From positions 10,788,001 to 10,852,000 of the forward strand of contig NC_043006.1 of the NCBI RefSeq assembly GCF_006345805.1: 64,000 nt of DNA, read 5' to 3'. The notes below the pieces were generated by a model. That model saw nothing but the letters and a program-made list of their open reading frames with translations, was not told the origin of the DNA and did not search any database. This DNA comes from Octopus sinensis. Taxonomy: Eukaryota. The position numbers and the translations under genes were made by a program. Positions 1 through 12,553 of the stretch are shown here, one piece after another. Numbering within the stretch: the stretch's first letter is position 1; each line of letters begins with the position of its first letter.

Positions 1-170
1 TATTCCCAGGCATTTATTTTTGTTATGTATTTGTCTGAATATTTTTTATCATACCTAATGCGCCTACTATGATAGGGATTATTTCTGTTTTTAGATTCCA
101 CATTCGAGTTACCTCTATTTCCAGGTCTTTGTATTTTGAAAGTTTCTCCTTTTCTTTTAGAGACACGTTG
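1..170 (-). mobile_element. 5'-truncated R4/Dong-type non-LTR retrotransposon copy (RLE endonuclease C-terminus); runs off the window edge
   Basis: ORF 23..232 reads NVSLKEKEKLSKYKDLEIEVTRMWNLKTEIIPIIVGALGMIK, matching the KEKxxKYxDL...PIIVGALG end of restriction-like endonucleases; it begins inside a short AAT repeat. Confidence 0.75.
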
Positions 171-204
171 TTATTATTAATATTATTATCATTATTATTA
201 TTAT

Positions 205-2250
205 CACAGTTGCTCATTTTTTCTTCTTTCACATTGATCCTGTTGTCACCGGGGCGTGTTATGTCGATTATGATACATGTTCACCACAACAATGTCCGAT
301 TTCCGATGTCTAGTCGGGTGAAAGCACTGTATCATTGCATCCCACAGGACTTTGCAATTCTCTATTTCGGTGGCTCCTTCTGGAGTTTTCTCATACCACG
401 TCTTTGCTCTGCAGGCCGCGCTTACTACAAAGCTACCGATGGATCCTTCTTACCACATTGTGTTGGCATCTTCTGCATTCGCGTTGTGCCTATTTCGGGC
501 ATTCGCTAAGTGCCATACCGCTTCACTCTTCTCACAATACTTTCTGCATTTCTCGCAATCAGTAGTGTTGTCTATTCTGCACTTCATATAGTTGATCCTT
601 AACGCTTGTTCTTGAGCTGCGCATATGAATGCTTCTGTCTCTATCTTCAGGTCACACCTCCTCATCCGTAGCCACCGCTCCTCTGTATCTGTCTTGGCAT
701 TCACATCTCTTGCAAACTGACCGTACATTTTCTTTTCCTTCCATGCTACTTTTTTTTCCATTTCTTGTTTAAATTTTTCTTTAGTTACACAATTTTCAGT
801 GTTGATGAACTTAGCCTTCTTCGTGTGTTTCAACAGTGGCTCCACGGTCTTTTGTATATACCACGATAGGGTGTTTTTCTCTGCTTCGGTGTAGTCCTAG
901 CAATTGATTAAACCTCTCCCACCCTTTCGTCTGGACAAGTACAGCCTGTCGATGTCACTCTTAGAGTGGAAGGCTCTGTATACTGTCAATATCCTTCTGG
1001 TTTTGGTATCCATTTTCTTCACTTCTCTCTTTTGCCATTTGATAATTCCCGCTCCATACCGAAGTGATGCAATGGCCCACGTATTAACTGCTTGGATTTT
1101 ATTCAATCCAGTCAACTTTGAGCGCAACACCAACCTCTGTCTTCAGAAATATTCCAGCCTCAGATGCTCTTTCATTTCCTTTTCCATTATCTCGTTGAAC
1201 TCTGGTACACCAAAGTAATTGTATACTTCCGTTTCAATTTGTTTAATCAGATCTCCGTTCGGTAATTTTATCTCTGCTAGGGACTTTAACTTTTGAGTCT
1301 ATTCCATTCTAATATCAGTACTAAACAGTGGACAGTGTTCACCAAGGAACTCGCTTTAGTCTCACCCTTGCATAGAGATACAAATGAAATGTAGATGATT
1401 GATTGTTTAGGACGTTTCCTTTAGTTGATAACCCAAGTTCATTTTTCAAAATGCTAACTTCATATTCCTAAATACCAAAGCAGAGAACAAAAAGCAAATG
1501 AAATAGGCTATCACCTTGGAAAATCCAGGGTGCCAAAGCTATTTCCGTAAGATGTTAGTTCAGTTTTCCATCCCACCATACTACTCTTCAGGAAAGACGT
1601 TACATCTCTCGCAATTCCAAGCAGATCTAAGCGCTCGATGATCCGTGAACGTACAATCATATCACAAAGTTTACGATAGTTAATCCAGATCATTCCTATA
1701 TACGCTCTTCGTTTACAATCTTGCATTAACATTTCGTCTAACAATAGTTGATCTTTGGTACCTTTGCATCTCCTTCTACAGCCTTTTTGTTCGGGCGCAA
1801 TAGATCGTTCTCATTCATGAATTTGTACAGTTCTTCAGTAACTTATACAGTAACTTCCACATTGATGGAAGACAGGAAATTGGTCTATAATTGTCAGCAG
1901 CACTTCCCTTTGGTGCATCCTTCAGGCGCAACAACGTTCGTCCTTTTGTCAACCAGCCCGGGAGTTCTTCGTTTCCATTTATCAATGCATAAAATTGCTG
2001 TGCAATCAGTGTATGGCAACTACTGAACTTTTTTTTTATCCATAAGACCTGGCTGCTTTCCAGTTGCTTATGGTTTTACTCATATTTCTTAAATTGTGTT
2101 CTGTGAAGTGGATGGCCTCCCGTTGGGGATGAGAAGCTGTTTGCTTCAGGCTGCAGAATCATTCAGCTATAATACTATGTTGTTCTTGCTTACTCCATAT
2201 CTTACTCTCAAAATGTCGGCTTTCATCAGCATCAGGGACTAATCTTTCAC
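205..2250 (-). mobile_element. Decayed R4/Dong-type non-LTR retrotransposon (RT + CCHC + RLE), multiple frameshifts
   Basis: Collinear minus-strand fragments: [28 protein letters not shown] (WIDYKKAYD-like RT motif), KLTGLNKIQAVNTWAIASLRYGAG...DIDRLYLSRRKGGRGL, ETEAFICAAQEQAL...CRKYCEKSEAVWHL (zinc knuckle), IIIDITRPGDNRINVKEEK. Confidence 0.85.
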
Positions 2251-2279
2251 ATTTATTATTATTATTACTATTATTATTA

Positions 2280-2346
<67 letters not shown>

Positions 2347-2369
2347 CATTATTATTATTATTGTCATTA

Positions 2370-2443
<74 letters not shown>

Positions 2444-2612
2444 TATTATTATTATTATTATCATAGTTGTTATCCTTCAGTAGTCTTATTTTTATCACAT
2501 GCTTTCACTGCCCTACTGAACACAGATCTGTGTGCCTTGGGTATGTGCTGTGATCTGTGGTGGTGCTCTTCTTCTTCTTCTTCTTCTTCTCTTCTTCTTC
2601 TTCTTCTTCTTC

Positions 2613-2661
<49 letters not shown>

Positions 2662-2740
2662 CATTATTATTATTATTATTATCATTATTATTGCTATTAT
2701 TATTATTATTATTATTATCATCATCATTATTATTATTATT
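2251..2740. repeat. Compound (TTA)n/(CTT)n microsatellite enclosing a ~90-bp non-repetitive island (2465-2565), possibly the 3' UTR of another Dong-type copy
   Basis: Direct reading; on the minus strand the island runs straight into an (AAT)n tail. The 3' UTR identity is inference. Confidence 0.7.
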
Positions 2741-3150
2741 TGATTAAGAATTCCCTCGTATTTATAGAGCCTCTCCCATATGTTCAGTTTAACAGGTCGA
2801 GATATCCCTGGTAGTCGTTGTAGCTAAGGAGAAATCGAATGATAAATGAGGAAGCCAGTGTCTTTCGGGATACAGCTATAACATTCCTTTTAGGTTCGTC
2901 TTTATCGATCCACACTACGCTCTTCAATAGCACTTTAAACTTGCTTTCATTACATCTGCTGTTTGTCTATAATATCATCAATCATTAACCATGACCTGCA
3001 CCGTCGTTGAATATCGTTGTAATGGTATTACTCAAATGTGTGGATGGAAGACTTTATTCGATATATGTGCGTGCGTGTGTCTGTGTTCTATGCGTGTATG
3101 TATATGCGTATATTTAAATAAATATCTACATAGATATATATTTTATGTGC

Positions 3151-3179
<29 letters not shown>

Positions 3180-3187
<8 letters not shown>

Positions 3188-3538
3188 TAACAATTTAGGA
3201 ATGGCCTAAACAGGCCATTCGTCCACCAGAAAGAGCAGCCAGAACTCCAACCGCCAAGTAGTGTAATTCGGAAATAAGGTGAAAATTTAAAAACATTTAC
3301 CCTAATTCATCTTTTGAATTAGGGTAAATGTTTTTAAATTTTCACCTTATTTCGGAATTACACTACTTGGCGGTTGGAGTTCTGGCTGCTCTTTCTGGTG
3401 GACGAATGGCCTGTTTAGGCCATTCCTAAATTGTTATATTTATACATATTTAGTCTTTGACTATTTTCTCTTTTCCACTAGGCCGCTGGTAGCGATAAAT
3501 TTTTACTGAATTTTTTGCTACCCTAAATTGATTAATTG

Positions 3539-3541
<3 letters not shown>
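3180..3541. mobile_element. Inverted partial + full copy of a ~230-bp repeat (probable Penelope-like pseudo-LTR) within (TA)n
   Basis: Arms 3180-3309 and 3315-3444 are reverse complements with about one mismatch and a 5-nt loop; the right copy continues to 3541; a related copy lies at 26650-26853. Confidence 0.7.
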
Positions 3542-3598
<57 letters not shown>

Positions 3599-3782
3599 TC
3601 ATAAATTAGGGCATCTACGAGATACCACATGCTGAAAATAGCAGCCATGATCTGATTCTAAAACCACCTTAATTGAGAAAACAAAGAGACAAGATGAAAC
3701 TAGTAAAAAATTACTGGATAATTCTAGATCTCGGATTTCTGACTTTGCATTTAAGACTGCTTTGCCTCGTCAGCAGAATATA

Positions 3783-3861
<79 letters not shown>

Positions 3862-3887
3862 ATATAAGTGTACATATATATATATAA

Positions 3888-3935
<48 letters not shown>

Positions 3936-3951
3936 GGTCTTTTATTCATTA

Positions 3952-4316
3952 ACTTGTATCGGTCTTTTGACTGTGGCCATGCTAGAGCACCTCCTTTGGT
4001 CAAACAAATCGACCGTGGCATTTATTCTTTGTATGTCTAGTGCTTATTCTATCGGTCTCTAAACACACCAACATCGATTGTGAAGCGATGGTAGAGGAAC
4101 AAACACAGACACACACACATACACAAAGGTACACACACACACAATCACACGCACATATATATGCCGTGGGTTTCTTTCAGCTTCCGTCTACCAAATGCCC
4201 TCACGAGGCTTTGGTCGGCCCGAGGCTATAGTAGAAGACACTAGACCAAGGTGCTACGTAGTGCGACTGAACTCGGAACCATGTAGTTGGAAGCAAGCTT
4301 CGTACCACACAGCCAC
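3952..4316 (-). mobile_element. tRNA-derived SINE, family B (diverged copy)
   Basis: Minus-strand head TGGCTGTGTGGTA...GGTTCCGAGTTCAGTC, internal (CA/TA) microsatellite, GCATGGCCACAGTCAAA tail; homologous to 21868, 33361, 52806. Confidence 0.85.
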
Positions 4317-4333
4317 GACGCGCCTACCCCCCC

Positions 4334-4389
<56 letters not shown>

Positions 4390-5487
4390 GGGAGAGTATT
4401 GTAGTTCGCTTGAAGCATTGTGTATTGTTTGTAAAGAATAAATCGTTTTGAATGGTACAACAATGCAGTATAATAGAGACAATGGGCTATCTACCTCTGT
4501 GGGTGTGTGTGTGTGTACAGTTGCAGGATAAAAACTTCCCATATTTCACATTTCGGAATATATAATGTGGGATTTTTTCTTACACTTTTTGCCGACCACA
4601 CCTTATGTTTAAGTATGTTTCCGTGAATTTTATTCTAAATGGGGTCCAGCATGCCACTCACAACGGTGTTTTCCGACAATATCTGCTAGTGTACCAATCA
4701 CCTCCGTCAGAACCTCTTTAACGTACGGTTCTCTAAATTAATATGCAATGCAATCAACAACATGTATAATAATTAAACTACTACCTCATAACATTTTAAT
4801 TATGCCTTCATTCCAATACATAACACCCCCGTTCTAAAATCTGGCGTTGCTTAGTAACCGGCCATTTCCTGTATTGTGCAATCGAAGTCGATATTAGCCC
4901 GTTTCAAAATGGCGATGCAAATTTTATTAGCTGCGATGTAAAATTCAAAGAATTCCTTTTATTAACACCTTTCGATTTGGTTCACATGTAATCAAAAATT
5001 AAGCGTGCACATATTATAATACTGTTATTGGGAAATTTTAATTTATTCCATGTCATAAAGCTATCGCTCAGGTTATTTAAATAAAGAATCAACATTATTA
5101 ATAGAATAGTTTAAAGAATGCCAGTGTTGCTTGTCTTGTGTTGTATACAGCAAGAAATATCTCTTGCTGAGAGAAACTCGAATATTCTAACATAAATTAT
5201 TTTAGCATTAATCCAATAATCTGAAAGCTTTAGAAATTGCAATATTTTTCATCGTTAAACTAACATCATGTTTAATTATAAATTCTTGTGTAAATATTAG
5301 TTAAATTCAGGTATTTTCACGCATTGAGATAATGTGTGCATAGTTAAACTCATATAAATATAAATATCTGTACATATATGCATATATAGTTTAGAATTTA
5401 CTACGCTAGCGAATTCATTGTAATTGAGACTTGCACGTATTCGAGCAATTAAACATTGGTGAATCGCACATGACCTCCGTTTTATAT

Positions 5488-5881
5488 GTTAGTTAGTTAG
5501 TTAGTTAGTTAATTTGGCTCAAAAGCAAATAGCAAGGCCATGTAGGGGGACATGGAGTTAAGTACAGGGTGGTGTTCATGTAAAGAGTTCAGGCCACTTG
5601 AGGTCCAGGGAGGCTTTGAACAAAGCGGTCGTCGGCATCTTCACCATCTCGTCTGGCAGCTTGTTCCACGGATCCGCAACCCGGACGGAGAAAGCTCCTC
5701 TCCTTCGATTGAGATGAAATCGTCGCAGGTAGAGCTTTTTGGAATGACCCCGCAGCCGACGCTCCGGAGGAGGAGTGAAGAACAGCTCTTTCGAGAGGTT
5801 ACACTTTCCGCTTATGATGTTGTGGGCGAGAATGAGATCACCACGGCGGCGGCGTTTTTCAAGAGAATAAAGGTCGAGCGT
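5488..5881 (-). mobile_element. 5'-truncated CR1-type LINE 3' end with (TAAC)n tail
   Basis: Encodes TLDLYSLEKRRRRGDLILAHNII...RLRGHSKKL...FSVRVADPWNKLP, the C-terminus of a CR1-like ORF2; near-identical to 28365-28770. Confidence 0.9.
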
Positions 5882-6401
5882 ACATAAAAACATGTATATG
5901 TTTGTGGATGTGCGGGCGTGTTAGGCAAATTGTAAAGCTGTCTCAGGGTTTTGAGAATATAGTCGTTTGTTGCTTGAATGACACTATGCACCGTGAATTT
6001 TAAAAATTGGGGACTTAAACCATATATGTGTGTGTATGCTAACGTCTCTCTATGTATGGATATACACGCACACACACACATAATGTATGCATATGTATAC
6101 ATAAAGTGTTACAGGTTTCTAATGTAAAATCCTGTTGAGTACCGTTCTGTTTCCTCATGTGAGAAAAGAAGCAAGAATTACATATGTGTGCGCATGTGTA
6201 TCCGTATGAACGTGCGCGATTGTGTGTATATATGAACTTATGAATATATTTATGTGTGTATGTGTATTATCACAAATTGCAGAGCAGCTAAGTCCATAGA
6301 AAGCAATGCATTACACAAATCATTTAATTTTGTTTGCATAAGTTACAAGATTACAAACGTAGTAGGTCGCGGCTTGATAGTATCTCCACTCACGCAGAAA
6401 A

Positions 6402-6470
<69 letters not shown>

Positions 6471-6959
6471 TTACTGGTGATTTTCATTTAAAGCATTCAT
6501 CTATATAAAAGAAAAAATATATAATGTTATTCTCATATCTACAACAATCGCAAAATCCTGTATAGAAACCAAGCTTTCCTAGATGAAATAATACAACGAA
6601 AATCATGGCATAGAAAAGTTCCTCTATGGACAATTTAAACGGACAGTTGAACTCTTATATTCCCTTGATAATTTTACATTTGCTCGTGTAATGTAGCTCT
6701 GATATATTAATAGTGCACATAACCATGTTACTAAATGAATAAAGATAATATGTATATAAAAGGTATGCCATTTTATTCCGTGAATAAAACCGTGATAAGT
6801 TTTTAAAACATTTCCGGAAACGTTTTATCTATTTCATTGCTGTTTTGTTGTATTAAATGTGGTGCTTTTGCCAGAGAAATAAACGGTAATGCTGAAAAGT
6901 ATATTTATCACATAGACACAGTTTTTAACTTTCGAAGGAAACTTATGACACCTGTTTTA

Positions 6960-7330
6960 ACCACCTGTTTTAACCACCACCACCACCACCACCAAGCATA
7001 CCATGACACTCACTTTCACATTACTGCCCCGTGGTGGCACGTCGCAGCACTCGACTGCACCACCACCACTATCATGTGGCACGTTACGAAACTCCATTTC
7101 GTCCCTACCACAACAAACAACATGACTCTACCCCTGGGGTACTACGACACCGGTTTCAATAACACCACCATTTAGTACATCATGCTACTCCATTCTGACA
7201 CGGCCAATGGGTACATCAAGGTACTCGGTTTAACACCACCACCATCTGGAATATCCTTCCACTAGTTTTAACAACATCAACTGTTGCATCAAATTACACG
7301 TTTAAACTATCACTACCACCATCACCTGCA
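6960..7330. repeat. Highly degenerate ~40-bp minisatellite (ACCACCACCA...GGCAC/GTACATCA...CACTC...TTTAAC units)
   Basis: Recurrent caccaccacca and ggcacg/gtacatca/cactc blocks at roughly 40-bp spacing. Confidence 0.45.
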
Positions 7331-7422
7331 CTTTGAGCCAGTTAGGTTTGTCCTGAGATACCTCGGTTCTATGTAGATGGTGCTTGGAAGTGCCATCTAC
7401 TTAAAACTTAGATATCGTAGGA

Positions 7423-7572
7423 GCATCGCTGCGCACCTTTTCACAAATCACACGACTTTTAAGATCACAGTCCGTATTCCTGGAATGATTACATTGTAGT
7501 CCGTAGTCTCCATGGGCATCCGGACTGTGATCTGAAAAGTCGTGTGATTTGTGGAAACGCGCGTAGCGGTGC
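7423..7572. mobile_element. ~150-bp hairpin MITE-like element
   Basis: GCATCGCTGCGC..TTTCACAAATCACACGACTTTTAAGATCACAGTCCG is mirrored by CGGACTGTGATCTGAAAAGTCGTGTGATTTGTGGAAA..GCGTAGCGGTGC. Confidence 0.65.
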
Positions 7573-7600
7573 ATTAAATGTTTATAAAGTCCATCCTAGG

Positions 7601-7681
<81 letters not shown>

Positions 7682-7768
7682 GGCGATGGTGGTGATGGTG
7701 GTGGTGGTGGTGGTGGTGGGGGTGGTGTTGCTATTATTATTATTATTATTTTTTTTTATTATTATTAT
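7601..7768. repeat. Compound (ATT)n-(GTT)n-(GGT)n-(ATT)n microsatellite
   Basis: Direct reading. Confidence 0.95.
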
Positions 7769-8719
7769 CCGACATAATATCGGTATAATTTGATGCAACT
7801 CCGAAAAGCTGGCTCACTAGTGAGCATAACCGACATGATGGAATAGGATCTTTATTTGCATATTCAAAACGTTGCCATAAACGAATTTAAAAGGTATGTG
7901 TATGTGTGTGTGTGTGTGTGTGTGTTTAAAATCAATTCAAATAAACGAACAACAAAATTAACAATAACAGACAAGGGAAAGTACACGAGAAATGTATTAG
8001 TTTGACGCTCAATAAAAGAGAGCTTTTTACACTATCGTTCTAACGAGTTTAGTATCCACGCCAACCTGTAGATAAGAAAAGTGGTTAAGCAAAAGCTGGA
8101 GTATAAGCATTGTACTATATCAGTTTTAGTTACGGATGAATTGTCAAAAAGGTTATACCGGCGGACAAAATGTAATATTACTTTCGACTCGCAACACCTA
8201 AACATTCAATAACATTCTCACGCACACCTTACCATCTCTCTCTCTCTCCCTCCCCAATCTCTCTCTAACTCTCTTTCCTTCCGTTCTCTGCCATACGTGC
8301 ATTCTTTTTTTTTTAATGAGGAAAATCAGTATGGGAGTGCGTGAATTTGTGCATGTGTTTCTCTGAACGAGTTATTGGCACCTAATTCTTCCTTCTGTTT
8401 TTTTTTATATATTTCCTTTATCATGCTTTATATCTAAACGAGGTGTTGGCATGTTTCTAAATATACTTAGATAAATGCATTTGCCACCATTTGGCAACTC
8501 GTCCGTTGATGTGTTAATATGCCTCCATGAATGATAAGTTATAGCACCAATAGAAACGATATGTCTATGTTCTTTGTTTGTTTTTTGCTATATATGTGTG
8601 ATTTGTTATTTTAATTTTCATATTTCTATGAAAATTAAACGAGATATGACAAGCCCATTTAAACGAACTTTCACATTTATAGTATCGAGTACAACCATGA
8701 GGTCTTCTATTGGAAGTTC

Positions 8720-8838
8720 ATATGCATATGTGTGTGTGTTTGAATGTGTGTGTTCAAACATATATATACATGCATGTATATATAAATGTGTATCTATATG
8801 TATATGCATATATACATGTCTATGTATATATATATGTG

Positions 8839-8890
<52 letters not shown>

Positions 8891-9048
8891 CATATATATG
8901 TAGGTATGCATATATGTGTATATAGATATATATGCATATGCATATATATATGTATATATATATGCATATATTTATATATATATATAATATATATATATAC
9001 ATATATATATGCATGTATATATGTATGTATGTATATATGTCTATATAT

Positions 9049-9128
<80 letters not shown>

Positions 9129-9190
9129 CATGTATCTTGTGTTTGTGTATGAATATGTAAATTTTTTGCGTGTATGTATGTGTATTTGTA
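8720..9190. repeat. Degenerate (TA)/(TG)/(CATA) low-complexity tract
   Basis: Direct reading. Confidence 0.9.
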
Positions 9191-9517
9191 ATTGTTTCTT
9201 CATGTATGCATACAAATTGGTATTCGTGTATGCAGATTGCTTTGTTCTTAGATCTTTTTCTCACAAGAAGTAATCGTTCTACGGCGACTAACGATGCTTT
9301 GAAATATATGCTGCCAAAAAAAAATTTTTTCGTGGAAATACTCTAAAATTTCCGCCCAACCCTACACTCATGTTTAAAATTTCGGAACTGAACATTAAAA
9401 TAATTTTCCAATATAATATAGATATGCATGTGTGCACGTTCATACACGTGTTTATATCACACCATGTGTACTTCAGTGTGTATGTAAGGAATAAATTATT
9501 CATTAGTAATACATCTT

Positions 9518-9705
9518 TGTGTGTGTGTGTGTCTGTGAGGGCATGCGCGCGTGTGTATGTGTGTGTGTGTGTGTGAGGGCATGCGTGTGTTGGGGGGCAT
9601 GCGTGTGTGTGTGTGTGAGGGCATGCGTGTGTGTGTGGGGGGAAGCATGCGTGTGTGTGTGGCATGCGTTTGTGTGTGGCATGCGTGTGTGTGTGGGGGG
9701 CATGC

Positions 9706-9736
<31 letters not shown>

Positions 9737-9870
9737 CATGCGTGTGTGTGTGTGTGTGTATCTGTGAGGGCATGCGTGTGTGTGTGTGTGTGTGTATGTG
9801 TGTCTGTGAGGGCATGCGCGTGTGTGTATGTGTGTGTGTGTGTGAGGGCGTGCGTGTGTGTGTGTGTGTT
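9518..9870. repeat. Minisatellite of (GT)n-GAGGGCATGC units (about 12)
   Basis: GCATGC recurs about every 20-40 bp, separated by variable GT runs. Confidence 0.9.
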
Positions 9871-10179
9871 TCTGTGCATGGTTTACATCATTATTATTTT
9901 TGTATGTATTAGCAGGGTGAATGGTGCTAGGTGGTTTAATAAGCAGATATCACATCCGCATTAATTTCATAGTAGTGAAATACCTATGGATGTGTGTGTG
10001 TGTGTGTGTGTGCGTGTGTGTGTATTTGTGTCTGTATTTGTATGTGTAACTGTCTATGGAGATATATTTGGTTATGGATGTGACTGATTTTCGTTTATGT
10101 GTATCCTGTGTGTGTATAAGTGCGTGTCTTCGTGTCTTTGTAAGCAATCTGGCAAAGTTGTCAGCGCGTTGAATAGAAT

Positions 10180-10610
10180 ACCTATTTCTTTCCTACCCAC
10201 GAGGGGCTAAACACAGAGGGGACAAACAAGGATAGACAAAAGGATTATGTCGATTATATCGACCCCAGTGCGTAACTGGTACTTATTTAATCGACCCCGA
10301 AAGGATTAAAGGCAAAGTCGACCTCGGCGGAATTTGAACTCAGAACGTAGCGGCAGACGAAATACCTATTTCTTTACAACCCACAAGGGGCTAAACACAG
10401 AGAGGACAAACAAGGATAGACAAACAAGGATAGACAAACGGATTAAGTCGATTACATCGACCCCAGTGTGTAACTGGTACTTAATTTATCGACCCCGAAA
10501 GGATGAAAGGCAAATTCGACCTCGGCGGAATTTGAACTCAGAACGTAGCGGTGGACGAAATACCGCTAAGCATTTCGCCCGGCCTGCTAACGTTTCTGCC
10601 AGCTCACCGC
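10180..10610 (-). mobile_element. SINE family A, dimeric copy
   Basis: Minus strand: GGCGGTGAGCTGGCAGAAACGTTAGC head and two bodies each carrying GCCTTT(C/A)ATCCTTTCGGGGTCGAT; flanked by GCGTTGAATAGA(A/G)TACCT at 10166 and 10655. Confidence 0.9.
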
Positions 10611-10780
10611 CAATTTTTTTCTTCTCAGACACAATACCTATTTACATTGAATAGGGCGTTGAATAGAGTACCTTGCAGTATTTGTTTTGGTTGTATGCAT
10701 CCTGAGATCCAATCCCGTTACCACCAGCTATAGTATTTATGCTACATGCTCCATAAATCATTGTTATTACTTAATATTTT

Positions 10781-11000
10781 AAGGCGTGAGCTGGGAGAAT
10801 CCATTAGCATGCCGGGGAAAATGCTTAAGGGCATTTTGTACGTCTTCAGTTTTCATGTTCTGCGTCTAAATTCCGGCAAGGTCAAATTTGCTTTTTATCC
10901 TTTCAGGATCGATAAAATACAAACAGTTAAGTAATAGAGTCGATGTAATTGACTTAGCACTTCTCACGAACTTGCTGACCTTGTGTCAAAATTTGAAATA
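10781..11000 (+). mobile_element. Old diverged SINE family A copy
   Basis: AAGGCGTGAGCTGGGAGAATCCATTAGC...GCTTTTTATCCTTTCAGGATCGATAAAATA...CCTTGTGTCAAAATTTGAAA. Confidence 0.7.
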
Positions 11001-11073
11001 AATATTTCTCATGATTTTTATCATCTATTTAGAGTGTCGACATAAAACAGACAGATAGATAGATAGATAGCTT

Positions 11074-11155
<82 letters not shown>

Positions 11156-11549
11156 CTGATGCTGATAATGTACGCGTGAATCGAATATCATTGGCCTCCT
11201 GCGCAAAATAAAACATAATTTTCCATAGATGACTCCTAAGAGCAATTTAACAGAGTTAATTACTGTTTTATAGTATATATATTAAACATCAATCACCATG
11301 TCTTAGAAATTTTATTGACATTCGGGGATTCGAGTGTTGTTTACACGCTTAGTGTACATAATAATTTTTGAACCAACGAGGGAAATTGTGGCGACTATGA
11401 TTAATGAAGATGACATAATGATAGGTTTAGAAAATATTTTGTGAACTTATGTGGTAATACTGTCGAATATCTGCGTATTGGAAATTGATCTTTGCTTTGT
11501 GTTGTTTATTTCTTTTTTCCGTTTTGTACCAGATTAAATATTCAACATT

Positions 11550-11622
<73 letters not shown>

Positions 11623-11959
11623 CTATATGTGTACCATACATAACGTATATACAACATTGCAAAGAATGGGTGAATAATGTGTGGGTGTGTGTGTGTTTGT
11701 GTGCGTGTGTGTGAATGAGTGTGTTTGTGTGCTTCATCCAATAATAGACATATGGATATACATTATTATAATTATGTAAATAGCTAATAATAAATAGATG
11801 AAGGTTCTGGAATATCAAGAAGTACCCTTCAAGAGGTAGGCTTCGATTCCAGTTCCAATGCACAGTTACCATGGGTAATTATCTCATATAAAGACTCCGA
11901 TTGAATAATGGGAATGAAATCGATCAGAATTGTCGGGAAGCTTGTCCAGTTCCAATATA

Positions 11960-12503
11960 TTGGGTTGTCCGGTAAGTTCGTGCCGATTTATAGTAGCTTA
12001 AATTTCGACTTATTTCAGAACATGGTTAAGTCCATAAAATAGGATTTCACTACACCTCAATTTAGAGCACAGCTTAAGCTAATTTTTTCGTGGAAGAAGA
12101 TTTATGTTCCTATAACCTGTGTTAATTCTGTAGCCCTTTAAAATGGAAGACATTTTCGGCACCTGATGCTTTGGAAACCAGAGAAAAATTGCTGCAGCTC
12201 GACCGGGATGTGTTACCCGAACCTCCATATTCACCAGATATTGCTCCTTTGGATTTCCACTTATTCAGGTCTCTGCAGAATAGTCTTAATGGTAAAAATT
12301 TCAATTCCTTGGATGACGCAAACGTTACCTTGATGAATTCTTTGCCATGAAACCGCCTGGATTCTGGGAAGAGGGTATTTTCAAGTTAAAGTAAAGATAG
12401 AGATGCATTGTGCAACAAAATGATTCATATTTGGTGGATTAAAAATGTAATTGCAAATATTTCTTTCCTTTAAAATTCAGTACGAGCCTTCCAGACAACC
12501 CAA
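11960..12503 (+). mobile_element. Internally deleted mariner (non-autonomous)
   Basis: TIRs TTGGGTTGTCCGGTAAGTTCGTGC / GTACGAGCCTTCCAGACAACCCAA with TA on both sides; internal PPYSPDIAPLDFHLFRSLQNSLNGK (YSPDLAP motif). Confidence 0.9.
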
Positions 12504-12517
12504 TAGATTACAGTACA

Positions 12518-12549
<32 letters not shown>

Positions 12550-12553
<4 letters not shown>

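Noticed and set aside
9518-9870. CRISPR-like repeat-spacer pattern
   Set aside because: The spacers are just GT runs, the repeat is 10 bp, the context is eukaryotic and there are no cas genes.
8574-9964. Many 70-180 aa ORFs ([12 protein letters not shown]), also at 36226-37058, 51381-51739 and 58115-58727
   Set aside because: They are stop-free translations of di- and tetranucleotide microsatellites, with no coding evidence.
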